DNA from: a virus | Taxonomy: Duplodnaviria > Caudoviricetes | Virus record (IMG/VR): IMGVR_UViG_3300033067_000616 | Coordinates: 150-64,149 of that record | Length of the DNA: 64,000 bases | Reading direction: 5' to 3' (one strand) | Shown: positions 52,714-62,798 of the stretch, in pieces | How the letters are laid out: each line of letters opens with the position of its first letter | Position numbering within the stretch: position 1 is the first letter of the stretch | Notes under the pieces: model-generated | Databases searched by the model: none | What the model was told of the DNA's origin: nothing | The model's input: only the letters and a program-made list of their open reading frames with translations | Program-made: the position numbers and the translations under genes

Positions 52714-55137
52714 TTATTTAGGCCCGAACGACTCTAAATCAAAGCCATCAAGTGAGTCGTCTTCAGATTCAAAATTCTTTGGCGGTAAATTGTTTTGACG
52801 TTGGTTGATTAGCTCAGACTGACGAGTTGCCTGTAGGTCTACTCTTTTATCTTTTGCCTTCTCTTTTTCAACCTCACGCTCTTTCAATGTCTGCATCTGC
52901 ATGCCATTAAGTTGCATGTTGTATTGGAACTCAATAGCCATCAACTCTTTCTTAAGCTCTGCCTCAGCTTGCATTTTCTGAATGTCGCCCTGAACTTCCA
53001 TTTGCTTGATCTGAGCTTTTGTTTGCCCCTCTAATTGGATAACCTGCGCCTTAGCCTCAGCAGCTGCTTGAGAAGATTGGATGTTTGTCTGCATTTGCAT
53101 TTGGAACTCCATCTCTTTCTCTTTCTGTTTCTGCTCCATACGCTTACGACGCTTCATCTTGAGCATCTCATTTGCAAGCTTAATGTTGTTGATCATGCGG
53201 ATATCAATGGCATCCTCCAAGTCAATTGTCTGTTGTTGAAGCGCCATCTGAATATTCTGCTCGAGCTGTGCTTTTTGCTCTTCATCTGGAGCAACCTCAA
53301 TAAAGATACCAAAGTCGTGTAAGTAAAGATCTTTAATATCATCAAGTATAGCCATGTTATACTTACCAATCTGCATAGCAAACTCTTCAGCAAAGTCAGC
53401 GTACTCAAGTATGTCAGCAATACGAATAGACAAACACTCAGCAATCCTCTTAGTAGCGTTAATACCAGCGTCTAATATGTGGCGAGTAGCTGTATTTGAG
53501 TTAAGTGCTGCAAGCTTCTGAACACCGACCAACGCATCTGGGTGTGGTGTAGATGCATCACGCACCTCATTTACACCCGTCACATCGCGGATCATATTTA
53601 AATAATGGTTGTAGTTGCCGATGAGGGCAGCCATCTTAGCTTGTCCACTATTTGAATTAAGTTCCTGGATTGGAATACGTGCGTTGTTAAACTCACCGTC
53701 CTGAGTGTATGAACGACCAACAACACTACCTGTTTGGAAGTATAGGTTAAGAGCGTCTTCAGGATTGTATGCAGCACCTGTTCCAAGGTCAACTTCATTA
53801 ATACCATCGGCATCAATAAACACACCATCAGGAACTACTCGAGCCATAACTTGCTGTAGTTTCAAGTGTGTTAATTGAATCTGATCTGCGAATGGAATCA
53901 TTCGACGAACGAGTGACTCAATGTTTCCTTTATAGTAACGTGGAGCGTAAGCAATATAATTTGGAAGAGCTTTCTGTGATGCAGATTTAGGACGAACCAT
54001 ATTCTTCATCATCTCCCATTTAATAATAATGTTTGATCCTCCAACCAACACACCTTCATACCAAACGTCACGAACTGCCTCAACTACTTCAAACATTTCG
54101 TTTGGTGGTGGGTTGAAGTTATCATCTTTTCGGATTACTCGCTCTCCTCCGTTCTCAAGTAATTTCTTTTTCCAAACAAACTTCTTGTGAGTCTTGTAGT
54201 TAAAGTATAACAACGTTACAACCTCATTCAAGAATGCGTCGTCTTGGTAGTTACGAATTATAGGGAAGTAGTCATACCAAGCTGAACCTGCATTCTTAAT
54301 CTCAGTCAACTCTTCATCAGTAAGGTTTGGATTCATTTTAAGCAGCTCAGTATAGTGAACTTGCTTAACCTCACCAAAGTAAAAACAATCAGAGAAGTCA
54401 CTCTTTTCAGTATAACTGTGAATCCAGTTTGCTGGATCTACATACTCAACCTTAACTCCGTCATTAATTAAAAACTCATGTTTTGCAACTCCAATGCCTA
54501 GTGTGGCTACATCATAGTAATAGTCTCTCAACACATCCTCATAGTCATTCATCTTAAGAAGTGTGTTGATGGCAATCTCTTCAGCTATCTCAATTGATGG
54601 CTTGTAGTTCATCTGCATGTAAAGAGAAAGCTCCTGATCATTTGCAGGTAACTCATCTGGATTCACATTAAATGCATCAATGCCGAGAGTTTCCTTTGTC
54701 ATCATTAAGAAATCCTTAGCGACCATATCAGCCTCAATCATGTCCTGGAATATGTTCTTCTTTTCAGCAGATAACACATCTTGGGCCTCAGCTTTAATGG
54801 TATAAGGTCTGTCTAACATTCCGTTAACAACAACGTCAACGAACTTAGGTATAATTGGTACTGGTGTCCAATCTAAGTTAAGCATGGAGATATCTCCATT
54901 GATAGCTAATTCATCCTTGTACTTTTGTACAGGCTGTTCTCCACGGGCATATAATCTCAAGCGGTGGAATTCACCCCACTGCTGATAAAATCTGCTTGAA
55001 TTAGACTTCCTCTTAAACCACTCCCCTTCGATGGCTTTTCCTACCTTTAATCCGTACTCATATGTCGCCTTGACTTCATCTGGCGCCATTTGGTCCGGAA
55101 AGGGTAATGAGGAGATAACAACTGATGGTTTATCCAT
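52714..55137 (-). CDS. Portal protein
   Basis: 807 aa immediately after TerL; RLYARGEQ...KYK.EL.+.GD.S.LNLDW.PVPI+PKFVD+VVNG. Confidence 0.85.
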   Translation of the reverse strand: MDKPSVVISSLPFPDQMAPDEVKATYEYGLKVGKAIEGEWFKRKSNSSRFYQQWGEFHRLRLYARGEQPVQKYKDELAINGDISMLNLDWTPVPIIPKFVDVVVNGMLDRPYTIKAEAQDVLSAEKKNIFQDMIEADMVAKDFLMMTKETLGIDAFNVNPDELPANDQELSLYMQMNYKPSIEIAEEIAINTLLKMNDYEDVLRDYYYDVATLGIGVAKHEFLINDGVKVEYVDPANWIHSYTEKSDFSDCFYFGEVKQVHYTELLKMNPNLTDEELTEIKNAGSAWYDYFPIIRNYQDDAFLNEVVTLLYFNYKTHKKFVWKKKLLENGGERVIRKDDNFNPPPNEMFEVVEAVRDVWYEGVLVGGSNIIIKWEMMKNMVRPKSASQKALPNYIAYAPRYYKGNIESLVRRMIPFADQIQLTHLKLQQVMARVVPDGVFIDADGINEVDLGTGAAYNPEDALNLYFQTGSVVGRSYTQDGEFNNARIPIQELNSNSGQAKMAALIGNYNHYLNMIRDVTGVNEVRDASTPHPDALVGVQKLAALNSNTATRHILDAGINATKRIAECLSIRIADILEYADFAEEFAMQIGKYNMAILDDIKDLYLHDFGIFIEVAPDEEQKAQLEQNIQMALQQQTIDLEDAIDIRMINNIKLANEMLKMKRRKRMEQKQKEKEMEFQMQMQTNIQSSQAAAEAKAQVIQLEGQTKAQIKQMEVQGDIQKMQAEAELKKELMAIEFQYNMQLNGMQMQTLKEREVEKEKAKDKRVDLQATRQSELINQRQNNLPPKNFESEDDSLDGFDLESFGPK

Positions 55138-58100
55138 TATTCGATAATTTCGCTTCTTATGCCAGTATTCTTATATCTTACAAATTTAACACTTATTTTA
55201 GATTCTTGTTTCTGAGGTATAAATAGGTGTCTTCTTGATGCCATTAATGCTAATCCTGAACTAATAGAGGCATCATGTTTAGTTCGGTTGTTGATATCAA
55301 ATCGGGCCCAATCATTCAATGTTCTAGTGAAATACATATCACCCATAGTATCTTTCTCTCTATAATTACCCTCTGCATCAATTCCAACGTACTCTTCGAT
55401 ATATGTGTTTATAGCATTAGCGTGAGCGTGCTTTACATCCTCACTAGAGTTTGGTATGCCGCCTAGCTCAAGCTCTGTCTTTGACAACTTTGACGTGTGC
55501 TTATCTGGCCTGTTCATTGAAAATGGTCTGTATCCTCTATTCTTAAAATGATATAAAAGTCGCTGTTTATTGTTCTCTACAAGTATAGGCATTCCATAGA
55601 AAAAACAAGCCATTAATACATCCTCAAAAAATATCTCTGCTGTCTGAGGACGCGCAATGTATTCCAAAAAGAAGTGATTTGTTGGAGCATTTTCCATGTG
55701 AAAGTTAGTTATACCGTGTAATGCGCCTGCTGACCCACCTCCACCAACTACGCCAGATATATCATATGGGTCACATCCAAACACTCCGATGTCTTTATTC
55801 CCAGGGTAAAACTTACCATCTTTCTTAATAACATTATTACGCATTCTAGCATCAGGAATCCAAGATACAATAAATCTACCCTTAGGGTCAGGAGTCCAGA
55901 TTACTTCGGTGTCTTTCTCGCCATTCTTCCAATGAAAGTAACCAGTTGTTAGGACTCGATCTTTAATCATTGCATCGTTGTAATCAATCTGCTGATATAT
56001 CTTTGTTAAGTTAAAAAGAGACGACTTACTTTCATCACGGAATGCGTGTGACTCAGTTCTTGGAAACTGACGATAGAACTCATTTAATGCATCTGAGTCT
56101 GACTTCATTGCGGCAACCTCATTATTCCAATAAGTTATCACTCCCATTGTAATTTCTTCGCCATCGATACCCATAATAGGCTTCTTTGGGTCCTCAAATA
56201 CAGGCCATCCAAACTCATCTATAAAACCCTCCATATTCCACTCCATTGGAATAAACAAAGCATATAGGCCCGATTTGGTTTGGCCATTGGCAGATCTCTT
56301 GTTTGGATCACTATCGTAGTATAGTTTCTTGAAGTTCTCTCCACCTTTGCTTAATGCATTCGACGTGGAACCCATCATGCACTTACCAATAATCTTACTA
56401 CCCAATCGCAGACATGTCTTGGTGACTCGCCAGTTATTTAATATATTCTCAGGCTTCTCCCATTTACCACTATTCATACTAACGGTAAAGTCTCCTAATA
56501 TTAATTTTCTTTCATTATCATTATCTGCATCCACTTGTATGCCAACGTACTCGCCTTTATCTAAATATTCTACAGATACTTTATTTCTTCTACCTCTAGT
56601 TTTAGGCATATAACCTTCAAATGATTTCTTTTTTGTGATTAAAGGTATAATTGATAAATCACCTGATATGCTTATGTTGTATGATTTTGTATTGAAATTA
56701 GTATCCTTTTCTTTAACATTGCTACAACTAAGTCCGCATGATAGAGATAAAAACCTTATTTGTTCTATAAGGTCTTTTCTACTCATGCCTAATGATATGA
56801 TGTTTTTATTCTTGTCAGAATATCCATCTGTTTCTATTATTCCAGCTAATAATTGCAGCCTGGTTTCCATAGATGAGCGCATATACTCAATTGGTATATG
56901 CTTGTTTTTATAAACACCTATCTTTTTTAATTCAGAATTAATTCCTTTGAATCTAAATTCTACGATTTTATCTGAAGTGCTTTTTATTAACTCAAATTGA
57001 ATATTCATTACAGTTGAAAGCTTTCCTAGATAATCAAGTATCTCTGGCTCTTCATATTTATTGACTAAAATAGTCATGGCATTACTTCTTCCATCTCCAA
57101 GCCAAAGCCCTAATAAAAATGGAGGTATTCCATCAAATAAATCAATCGATTCAATACCGGATGATACAACTCTAGTTAAATGCTGTTTTCTAAATTTAGA
57201 GCTATTAATATATTCTTCAGGATTCATTATAACCTCACCTTTTTTATATTCATTGAATACAAGCCTGTGATTTTTTGTCACAATATAATCCTCTCCGTAT
57301 GGCTGTTTTACTATATATCTATCCGTTATTCCTTCAGTTCTTTTTAATACTGTTTTTACAGTGCCTCCTTCAACTATTACCTTATCGCCAATGTTAATAT
57401 CTTTTATCTCTCTAAAAGTAAAGTCAGACATTAATATTTTTGTATTTGGAGCGTAGCACTCGTCATGTACAAGTAAAAGCAGCTTCTCACCGTCATAGCT
57501 GTTATCTGCTGTGTTTTTCCAGTCGATGGTAGTATCTAACCCTTCTATGTCATCATCGCGCTCCTCATCCATATTCTTACGAGTAATCTTACTCGCAGGA
57601 ACACGGAAGGCCAACTCCGTCTTCGGATTGTCCATACCATCTTGGATCGGCTTGAAAAAGAAGGGATAATTTCTTACAATAGGCACAACCTTATCGGTAA
57701 ACATCTTCTTAGCATCGGATCCGGTCTTTGATAGAATACCAAGGCGCGCATCTCTTACAATTGTACCTGTGTTTGACGTCTCTGCAGACGACATAAATGA
57801 GAATCCTGAACGACGGTTCTTTAGATAGCACATACCAAACGCGCGACTGTCTGCCTTACATGCCTCCCAAAATATATAGAATATCCGGTTGGACTCACGA
57901 AAGTCAGGAAGACCAACGTCAATCTTTGTCCACTGTAAGTACATATAGTGAGTACCGGTAACGTATGTAGGTTTACTATTGTTTATGAACCAAAAACCAT
58001 TCTCGCGCCTATCAAACTCAGTCTCTATCATGTCGACATACTTAGACTTGAATGCATTATCTTTTCGGTTCCAGTCAAATATTGACTTGATTTTCTGTAG

Positions 58101-58370
58101 CTCAGTTGGATACTCAATAGGCTCCCAGTGATTGTTTCTATTCTCAACAGTCTTTGGCTGTTGAGGCAAGGCAATCTTTAGTCCATTTATCTCATATATC
58201 TCACCGATAGTACCGTCTTTAGATATGACAATTAGGTCATACTCTTTATTGTAACCATACTCCCAAGACTTCTTACTATTCTTAGTGGTAACAGCAGTCC
58301 TGTTAACGTAATCGTTTACTATGGAGTATAACTTATTTTCCATTTTTTGCCTTTGCTCTTCCCTCTGCAA
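55137..58370 (-). CDS. terL: Terminase large subunit, intein-containing
   Basis: LKNRRSGFS, SKTG.DA, LL.HDE|SGKW Walker B, GST.N, FG.D.YD nuclease motif, C-terminal HDA.ISSGL. Confidence 0.92.
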   Translation of the reverse strand: MQREEQRQKMENKLYSIVNDYVNRTAVTTKNSKKSWEYGYNKEYDLIVISKDGTIGEIYEINGLKIALPQQPKTVENRNNHWEPIEYPTELQKIKSIFDWNRKDNAFKSKYVDMIETEFDRRENGFWFINNSKPTYVTGTHYMYLQWTKIDVGLPDFRESNRIFYIFWEACKADSRAFGMCYLKNRRSGFSFMSSAETSNTGTIVRDARLGILSKTGSDAKKMFTDKVVPIVRNYPFFFKPIQDGMDNPKTELAFRVPASKITRKNMDEERDDDIEGLDTTIDWKNTADNSYDGEKLLLLVHDECYAPNTKILMSDFTFREIKDINIGDKVIVEGGTVKTVLKRTEGITDRYIVKQPYGEDYIVTKNHRLVFNEYKKGEVIMNPEEYINSSKFRKQHLTRVVSSGIESIDLFDGIPPFLLGLWLGDGRSNAMTILVNKYEEPEILDYLGKLSTVMNIQFELIKSTSDKIVEFRFKGINSELKKIGVYKNKHIPIEYMRSSMETRLQLLAGIIETDGYSDKNKNIISLGMSRKDLIEQIRFLSLSCGLSCSNVKEKDTNFNTKSYNISISGDLSIIPLITKKKSFEGYMPKTRGRRNKVSVEYLDKGEYVGIQVDADNDNERKLILGDFTVSMNSGKWEKPENILNNWRVTKTCLRLGSKIIGKCMMGSTSNALSKGGENFKKLYYDSDPNKRSANGQTKSGLYALFIPMEWNMEGFIDEFGWPVFEDPKKPIMGIDGEEITMGVITYWNNEVAAMKSDSDALNEFYRQFPRTESHAFRDESKSSLFNLTKIYQQIDYNDAMIKDRVLTTGYFHWKNGEKDTEVIWTPDPKGRFIVSWIPDARMRNNVIKKDGKFYPGNKDIGVFGCDPYDISGVVGGGGSAGALHGITNFHMENAPTNHFFLEYIARPQTAEIFFEDVLMACFFYGMPILVENNKQRLLYHFKNRGYRPFSMNRPDKHTSKLSKTELELGGIPNSSEDVKHAHANAINTYIEEYVGIDAEGNYREKDTMGDMYFTRTLNDWARFDINNRTKHDASISSGLALMASRRHLFIPQKQESKISVKFVRYKNTGIRSEIIE
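56472..57458 (-). mobile_element. Intein (329 aa) with a LAGLIDADG homing endonuclease
   Basis: Begins CYAPNT right after HDE; block B TKNHRL; LGLWLGDG and LAGIIETDG; ends FTVSMN followed by +1 Ser; AT-rich. Confidence 0.9.
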
Positions 58371-58614
58371 ATCCTGACTTGCCGAGTGTTACTTCAGCAA
58401 TTGGAGTTTCAGATGCCTTATTTTCTTCCTCCTCAATCTTGTTGAGCATATACATGGCGTCCTCAAATGCCAAACGCTTAGCTGATGCTGCGTTCTTCAT
58501 CTTATCAGCAGATATGTCGTCCTCAGCGTGAGTAATAATAGGTGACTTAAGTACCTTAATCAACTCATCGATGGCCTGCTTTGCCGCCTCTACTATTTCT
58601 CCTTTTTTAGACAT
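58333..58614 (-). CDS. Putative terminase small subunit
   Basis: Helical 93-aa ORF overlapping the TerL start. Confidence 0.45.
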   Translation of the reverse strand: MSKKGEIVEAAKQAIDELIKVLKSPIITHAEDDISADKMKNAASAKRLAFEDAMYMLNKIEEEENKASETPIAEVTLGKSGFAEGRAKAKNGK

Positions 58615-59156
58615 ATATTCTTATTGTACATTCTATAGAGAGTCTCTCCATCTATTTGAAATTCATATTCACTGTCTGGTGTAAATGAGACTATATCTCC
58701 TACGTTTACGTTGGGTATAGTGTTTGTCTTATAAACAACCTCTCCCCATAAAGGCTCATGCGCACCAGTTGTACTAATCAACTTATCTTTATTTGGTATA
58801 GGTCTGATGAATATGAATGGATCAACTGCCTGCCAATCGGTGTCTCTTTTATATAAATATACCTGATCAACCTCAGCCAAGAATAGATCATCCATTATAT
58901 AGTTCCAACTACTTTTCTGACGACCCTTCATGTCGTAGTAGTATTTAAATACATTATGGTGAACTATTACAGTATCTCCTGGCTGAACTGGCCCATTATA
59001 GTAAATAGGAACTGAGACCACCTCGGCGTGGCGGTTAGATGTTTTGTGGTCTTCTTGAGAGGAACTGATATAGAATTCGGTATTTCCGAATTTCTTTATG
59101 TTATCGTACCGCCTCAGACCAACTGGTTTAATTATGAAGCAGTATGGTGATTTCAC
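58593..59156 (-). CDS. Tandem GroES-like fold protein
   Basis: FIIKP...AEVVSVP...VQPGD.V.. and FIFIRP...GEVV.......V.VGD.V.F.P..EYE....GE.LY.M. Confidence 0.6.
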   Translation of the reverse strand: MKSPYCFIIKPVGLRRYDNIKKFGNTEFYISSSQEDHKTSNRHAEVVSVPIYYNGPVQPGDTVIVHHNVFKYYYDMKGRQKSSWNYIMDDLFLAEVDQVYLYKRDTDWQAVDPFIFIRPIPNKDKLISTTGAHEPLWGEVVYKTNTIPNVNVGDIVSFTPDSEYEFQIDGETLYRMYNKNICLKKEK

Positions 59157-59377
59157 TAGTAATCTATTTTATATTCTATCGCAATAGGCATTGCGTTAGA
59201 AAATGATTTCCATCTTATAATCTCTCCGTTCTTTCTAATATAGATACGAATAGCGTTATCATCTTCGACTCTGATAGTATCAATAATCCAAGTGCGATCT
59301 AGAACCTCTTGACCAACCATGTAATGCATAGATTTCATGTAGTCAGGTCCAATGGAAATTTTTCTAATTATACTCAC
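59156..59377 (-). CDS. Conserved small protein
   Basis: IRKISIG.DY...MHY.VGQ.V. Confidence 0.6.
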   Translation of the reverse strand: MSIIRKISIGPDYMKSMHYMVGQEVLDRTWIIDTIRVEDDNAIRIYIRKNGEIIRWKSFSNAMPIAIEYKIDY

Positions 59378-59603
59378 CTGTTTGTAGATTTACACTGACA
59401 TCTCCATACTTATCAAGAATAGCTTGCTGCTCTTGCGTAAGGTTTGCTGCTGCAACTTCAAGTTGCTGCATCGTGAGCTCTTTCTGCTCGCCTAAACGAC
59501 GAACGCTCATCTCGATGTCTGCTAGATTAAATTTTAAGTCTCTGTAAACTCGGTTAGCGTTTACTAGCTTGTCGAGTTCTTCTTTTGTGATTTTTTTTGA
59601 CAT
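59364..59603 (-). CDS. Coiled-coil small protein
   Basis: KYG.V.VNL.TGEY ending. Confidence 0.55.
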   Translation of the reverse strand: MSKKITKEELDKLVNANRVYRDLKFNLADIEMSVRRLGEQKELTMQQLEVAAANLTQEQQAILDKYGDVSVNLQTGEYN

Positions 59604-59607
59604 ATGA

Positions 59608-60009
59608 TTAAATTGAAATATACCAGGTTGTATCGGCGTGGCTATATTGTAAGCACACCGGCGTGTTTGCTGTTAATGTAGCAGGAGCTCCTACGATTGA
59701 GGCACCTGATGATGCCCATGTTGTAGATGGTCTGTTAACCGTAGACATGACAACATACTTAACACCATCAAGATTTGAGTTTGATGCAGGAAGAGTTATT
59801 GCAAAAGACGCACCAGCTGTTCCGGTAAAGTATGTGTTTACGTTTGTAAGTGTAGTTAGTGTTAAATCATTAGTTGCATTTACACTAGGTGCTTGGTTCA
59901 AAGCTAATAAAGCAGGTACATCAAAGTTGACAGTAGATCCACTGGCATTAATACCAAATACTCTACATTGTGTGTTTGGAGTTTCTGTGATATAATCTTG
60001 TACCTTCAT
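59608..60009 (-). CDS. Small beta-rich virion protein
   Basis: T-rich; ITLPA...DG..Y motif of fibre/decoration domains. Confidence 0.5.
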   Translation of the reverse strand: MKVQDYITETPNTQCRVFGINASGSTVNFDVPALLALNQAPSVNATNDLTLTTLTNVNTYFTGTAGASFAITLPASNSNLDGVKYVVMSTVNRPSTTWASSGASIVGAPATLTANTPVCLQYSHADTTWYISI

Positions 60010-60143
60010 CGTCCTTGTCCTTTATATGACTTTTTATAATTCTTAGAAGACTTTAACTTTGATGTCTTGCATTTAGCATGAACGCCTGGGCGACTTACCT
60101 TAACCTTTACGATTGACGTAGACTCCGTTTTATTCTTCTTCAT
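60006..60143 (-). CDS. Very basic 45-aa peptide absent from the ORF track
   Basis: MKKNKTESTSIVKVKVSRPGVHAKCKTSKLKSSKNYKKSYKGQGR; TAaaTTTG 4 nt upstream. Confidence 0.6.
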   Translation of the reverse strand: MKKNKTESTSIVKVKVSRPGVHAKCKTSKLKSSKNYKKSYKGQGR

Positions 60144-60155
60144 TTGACAAATTTA

Positions 60156-60737
60156 CTAAAATTCTTTCAATAGGCAGTAAGACACAGATTTCTCTGTTTT
60201 GAGTAGCTTAATCATCTCTCTATACTTGTCCATGTCATTGACTACTTGACAACCTGCTGACCACCAACCGATGGTTGTGCCTGTGTTGTCTGCTGCTACA
60301 TCATAAGTATTAGGATGAAAATTAATGCCAAAATAACCAGTCTGAAGATCACCTTGTTCTTCTGACTTCTCATCTCGATCAGTGTCTCGATATACTTGCA
60401 CTGAATTTCCGATTTGCAACAAGGCGTCAATTTTACCGTTGTGCTTTCCATACTTCCATAAATTGTAATACCATGTGTCAGCCTTTAATACAGCTGCTCC
60501 ATTTTTGTTTACTTTTTGGAATTGCTTTAGCGTCGGTGTACCTGGATTAGTTGTTGCAGATGTGACTAAAATAAACTCCTCACATTTGAAAAGATAAATC
60601 TTATCGTCAAATCTATTGGGCGTGTCTTCGTTTGATCTTACGCCAAGTAGCCAGTATCCTTTTGGTAAACTTTTGAAGCTTGATAGAGATCTAACTTTAT
60701 CAAGTAGCTCATCGTCTTTGTAAGATCTTACCGCCAT
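60156..60737 (-). CDS. Putative endolysin with a YkuD/L,D-transpeptidase-like catalytic motif
   Basis: GIN.H...WSAGCQV His/Cys pair; adjacent to the holin and spanin. Confidence 0.6.
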   Translation of the reverse strand: MAVRSYKDDELLDKVRSLSSFKSLPKGYWLLGVRSNEDTPNRFDDKIYLFKCEEFILVTSATTNPGTPTLKQFQKVNKNGAAVLKADTWYYNLWKYGKHNGKIDALLQIGNSVQVYRDTDRDEKSEEQGDLQTGYFGINFHPNTYDVAADNTGTTIGWWSAGCQVVNDMDKYREMIKLLKTEKSVSYCLLKEF

Positions 60738-61171
60738 TTGTCGCTCTCTGATTTAAGCCCTGTAACGAACTTTCTGAATGAAGCTAGTATATCTTTACCT
60801 GTGACATCTTTGTAGCTCTCATTCATACTTTTAACCTCTATAAAAACAAAAAATAGAGCCACTGCCTTAGTCAGTAATAACTCTATTGATATGAAGTGTG
60901 ATATAATATCACCTGCAATGTATTTCTCTACTAGATAAAAGAAAACAATTGCTCCTGCGTATATAGCAGATTTAACAGCTGTTGCATATAATCTTTGACT
61001 CTGAACTACATCCCCAAATTTCGCCTTTTTATCTTCACGATTCTTGTATGATCTCCATACTCCGAAACAAACGTCTAGTCCTATTGATATTAAAGCTATA
61101 GTTAGCAACGGGCCTACCGGTGCAAGTATTGTAAAGATGCTAGACAAAATAATTATGGCGTTGGTTTTCAT
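60728..61171 (-). CDS. Holin
   Basis: Several TM segments; D...G+WRS; IE..S+.E motif. Confidence 0.7.
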   Translation of the reverse strand: MKTNAIIILSSIFTILAPVGPLLTIALISIGLDVCFGVWRSYKNREDKKAKFGDVVQSQRLYATAVKSAIYAGAIVFFYLVEKYIAGDIISHFISIELLLTKAVALFFVFIEVKSMNESYKDVTGKDILASFRKFVTGLKSESDKWR

Positions 61172-61593
61172 ACTAGTTTTTTGGATAGTCTATACAGTGT
61201 ATAGAGTATAACAAAGATAATAAAAATAGTCAAGAGGATGTTTATCAGCTTCTTCCACAGTGGGTACTTCTCATAGTAATAAACTGGCACCTTACGCTCT
61301 ATAATTTTTGTAATGTATATAGGGTCGCATTTGCCTTGTATGTATACCTTCTTTTCCTTTGGAACATACCATGTCTTTACAGTGACTCTATCTTTAGTTA
61401 GAGTTACTGTATCGATAAGCTCCTTAAGTGTGACAACAGTATCAGTTCTTACCTCAGGCACATATAAGGTGATGGTGTCGTAAATTAATAAGGTGTCTTG
61501 AACTAAAAGTTCAGGATGTTTTTCTATCAATCGATTGAACCGCTTAACTGGGCTGCATGATGCTAGTAGTAATATAATTAGTAAGTATCTCAT
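61168..61593 (-). CDS. Spanin-like lipoprotein
   Basis: Lipobox LLASC plus a C-terminal TM helix (u-spanin architecture). Confidence 0.65.
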   Translation of the reverse strand: MRYLLIILLLASCSPVKRFNRLIEKHPELLVQDTLLIYDTITLYVPEVRTDTVVTLKELIDTVTLTKDRVTVKTWYVPKEKKVYIQGKCDPIYITKIIERKVPVYYYEKYPLWKKLINILLTIFIIFVILYTLYRLSKKLV

Positions 61594-62192
61594 TAGTATA
61601 TCTTATTTAGTATAAAAACCTCGCTGTATATATTATTTGATGCGTTTGTAGATCCCCACTGAGCTGTAATGTCTAAAACATTTGACGTAGTTGTGTCAAA
61701 TGTGGTTGTGTTGACGGTGCTAAAGTCAGATCCTTCAAATGCATTTGATGCGTCCTTTGAGTATGTAAACTCGCCTGCCACGGCTATTGAGGCTGTGCCT
61801 GCTGCTCCAACCTGACGAACTGTAAAAACAATACGTAAATCAAAGTGCTTTACTGTTGTCTGCGGGAGTGTAATAAAACCGCTATCACCAAGTATAACTG
61901 ATCCTGACTTTACTTTAATTCGAATTGTCTCGTTGTTGGCTGAGCTAATTATACCGGTCATTGATGCCAAGAAGCTGTCGCCAACTGAAAACGCATTAGC
62001 TGGAACTGACAATGTGCCAACTCCACCATCTATTAGTGAACGTTCAGAAGTAGTAGCTGTTATTGGAGTGCTATTAGCTGTCTGAGCATAAAGGCCAAAA
62101 TTAGATGTACCGGGCTTAGGACGTCCATTTGGCCCTAAGATCTGTAAGTGATCCCGGCCGTACTCTAGACCTGTTGATGTAACTACTTGCAT
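61593..62192 (-). CDS. Virion/tail protein
   Basis: T/S-rich beta protein. Confidence 0.5.
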   Translation of the reverse strand: MQVVTSTGLEYGRDHLQILGPNGRPKPGTSNFGLYAQTANSTPITATTSERSLIDGGVGTLSVPANAFSVGDSFLASMTGIISSANNETIRIKVKSGSVILGDSGFITLPQTTVKHFDLRIVFTVRQVGAAGTASIAVAGEFTYSKDASNAFEGSDFSTVNTTTFDTTTSNVLDITAQWGSTNASNNIYSEVFILNKIY

Positions 62193-62587
62193 CTTACTCC
62201 TAGTGCTGGTCCGTTTTCAAATTCAACTGTAAAGCTCGCACCAGTTGGTGTTGATGTGGCTGTTATCTTGTCACCCTCATTTAGATAATAAGGGAATGTA
62301 TCAGTGAGTATATCTCCGGCTGCTAGACTTACCTGGTATATTGTCGTTGTGGTTGCTGCTGATGCATCGTAAAAAGAGAAGACCAACGTACATGCCGACA
62401 GATGATTTACGCGCATAGACATAATAACAGACTGGTTGTTATCAGCTCCTACGCATAGATCCGTAGATGTATTCAGTATGGTGCCGTGATTAGACCTCCT
62501 CTGTTGGTACATATTCTTCAGTTGTTGGGTAACCTGCGAATGCGTGTTTAGGATTCTTAGGCTCGATGAGGTGTGCACCGAAGTCAA
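62183..62587 (-). CDS. Virion/tail protein; likely start at the internal MYQQRR
   Basis: ORF track; L..GD.+..T motif. Confidence 0.45.
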   Translation of the reverse strand: MTSVHTSSSLRILNTHSQVTQQLKNMYQQRRSNHGTILNTSTDLCVGADNNQSVIMSMRVNHLSACTLVFSFYDASAATTTTIYQVSLAAGDILTDTFPYYLNEGDKITATSTPTGASFTVEFENGPALGVRCK

Positions 62588-62798
62588 TCACCTGCTCAGC
62601 CATCACATCGTAGTGGTAACCGTCTGCGTTCGTGTTTTCGTCCAAAGCAATGACCCCGATTTCAACAACTGCGTGAACTCCTATTCCGTAGCCTTCAGCG
62701 GTTAGTATTCCTTTGCTTTCGAGGTCAGCAACTGCGGCTTCCTTGTTTGGATAAGTGAGTTTGTAGATGTTCATTTTTACGTTGTTAAGGCTATACAT
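62490..62798 (-). CDS. Tail-fibre-associated small protein
   Basis: IYKL.Y.....A.ADL..KG...AVVE.G......GYHYDVM...P....H.FAG. Confidence 0.55.
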   Translation of the reverse strand: MYSLNNVKMNIYKLTYPNKEAAVADLESKGILTAEGYGIGVHAVVEIGVIALDENTNADGYHYDVMAEQVIDFGAHLIEPKNPKHAFAGYPTTEEYVPTEEV

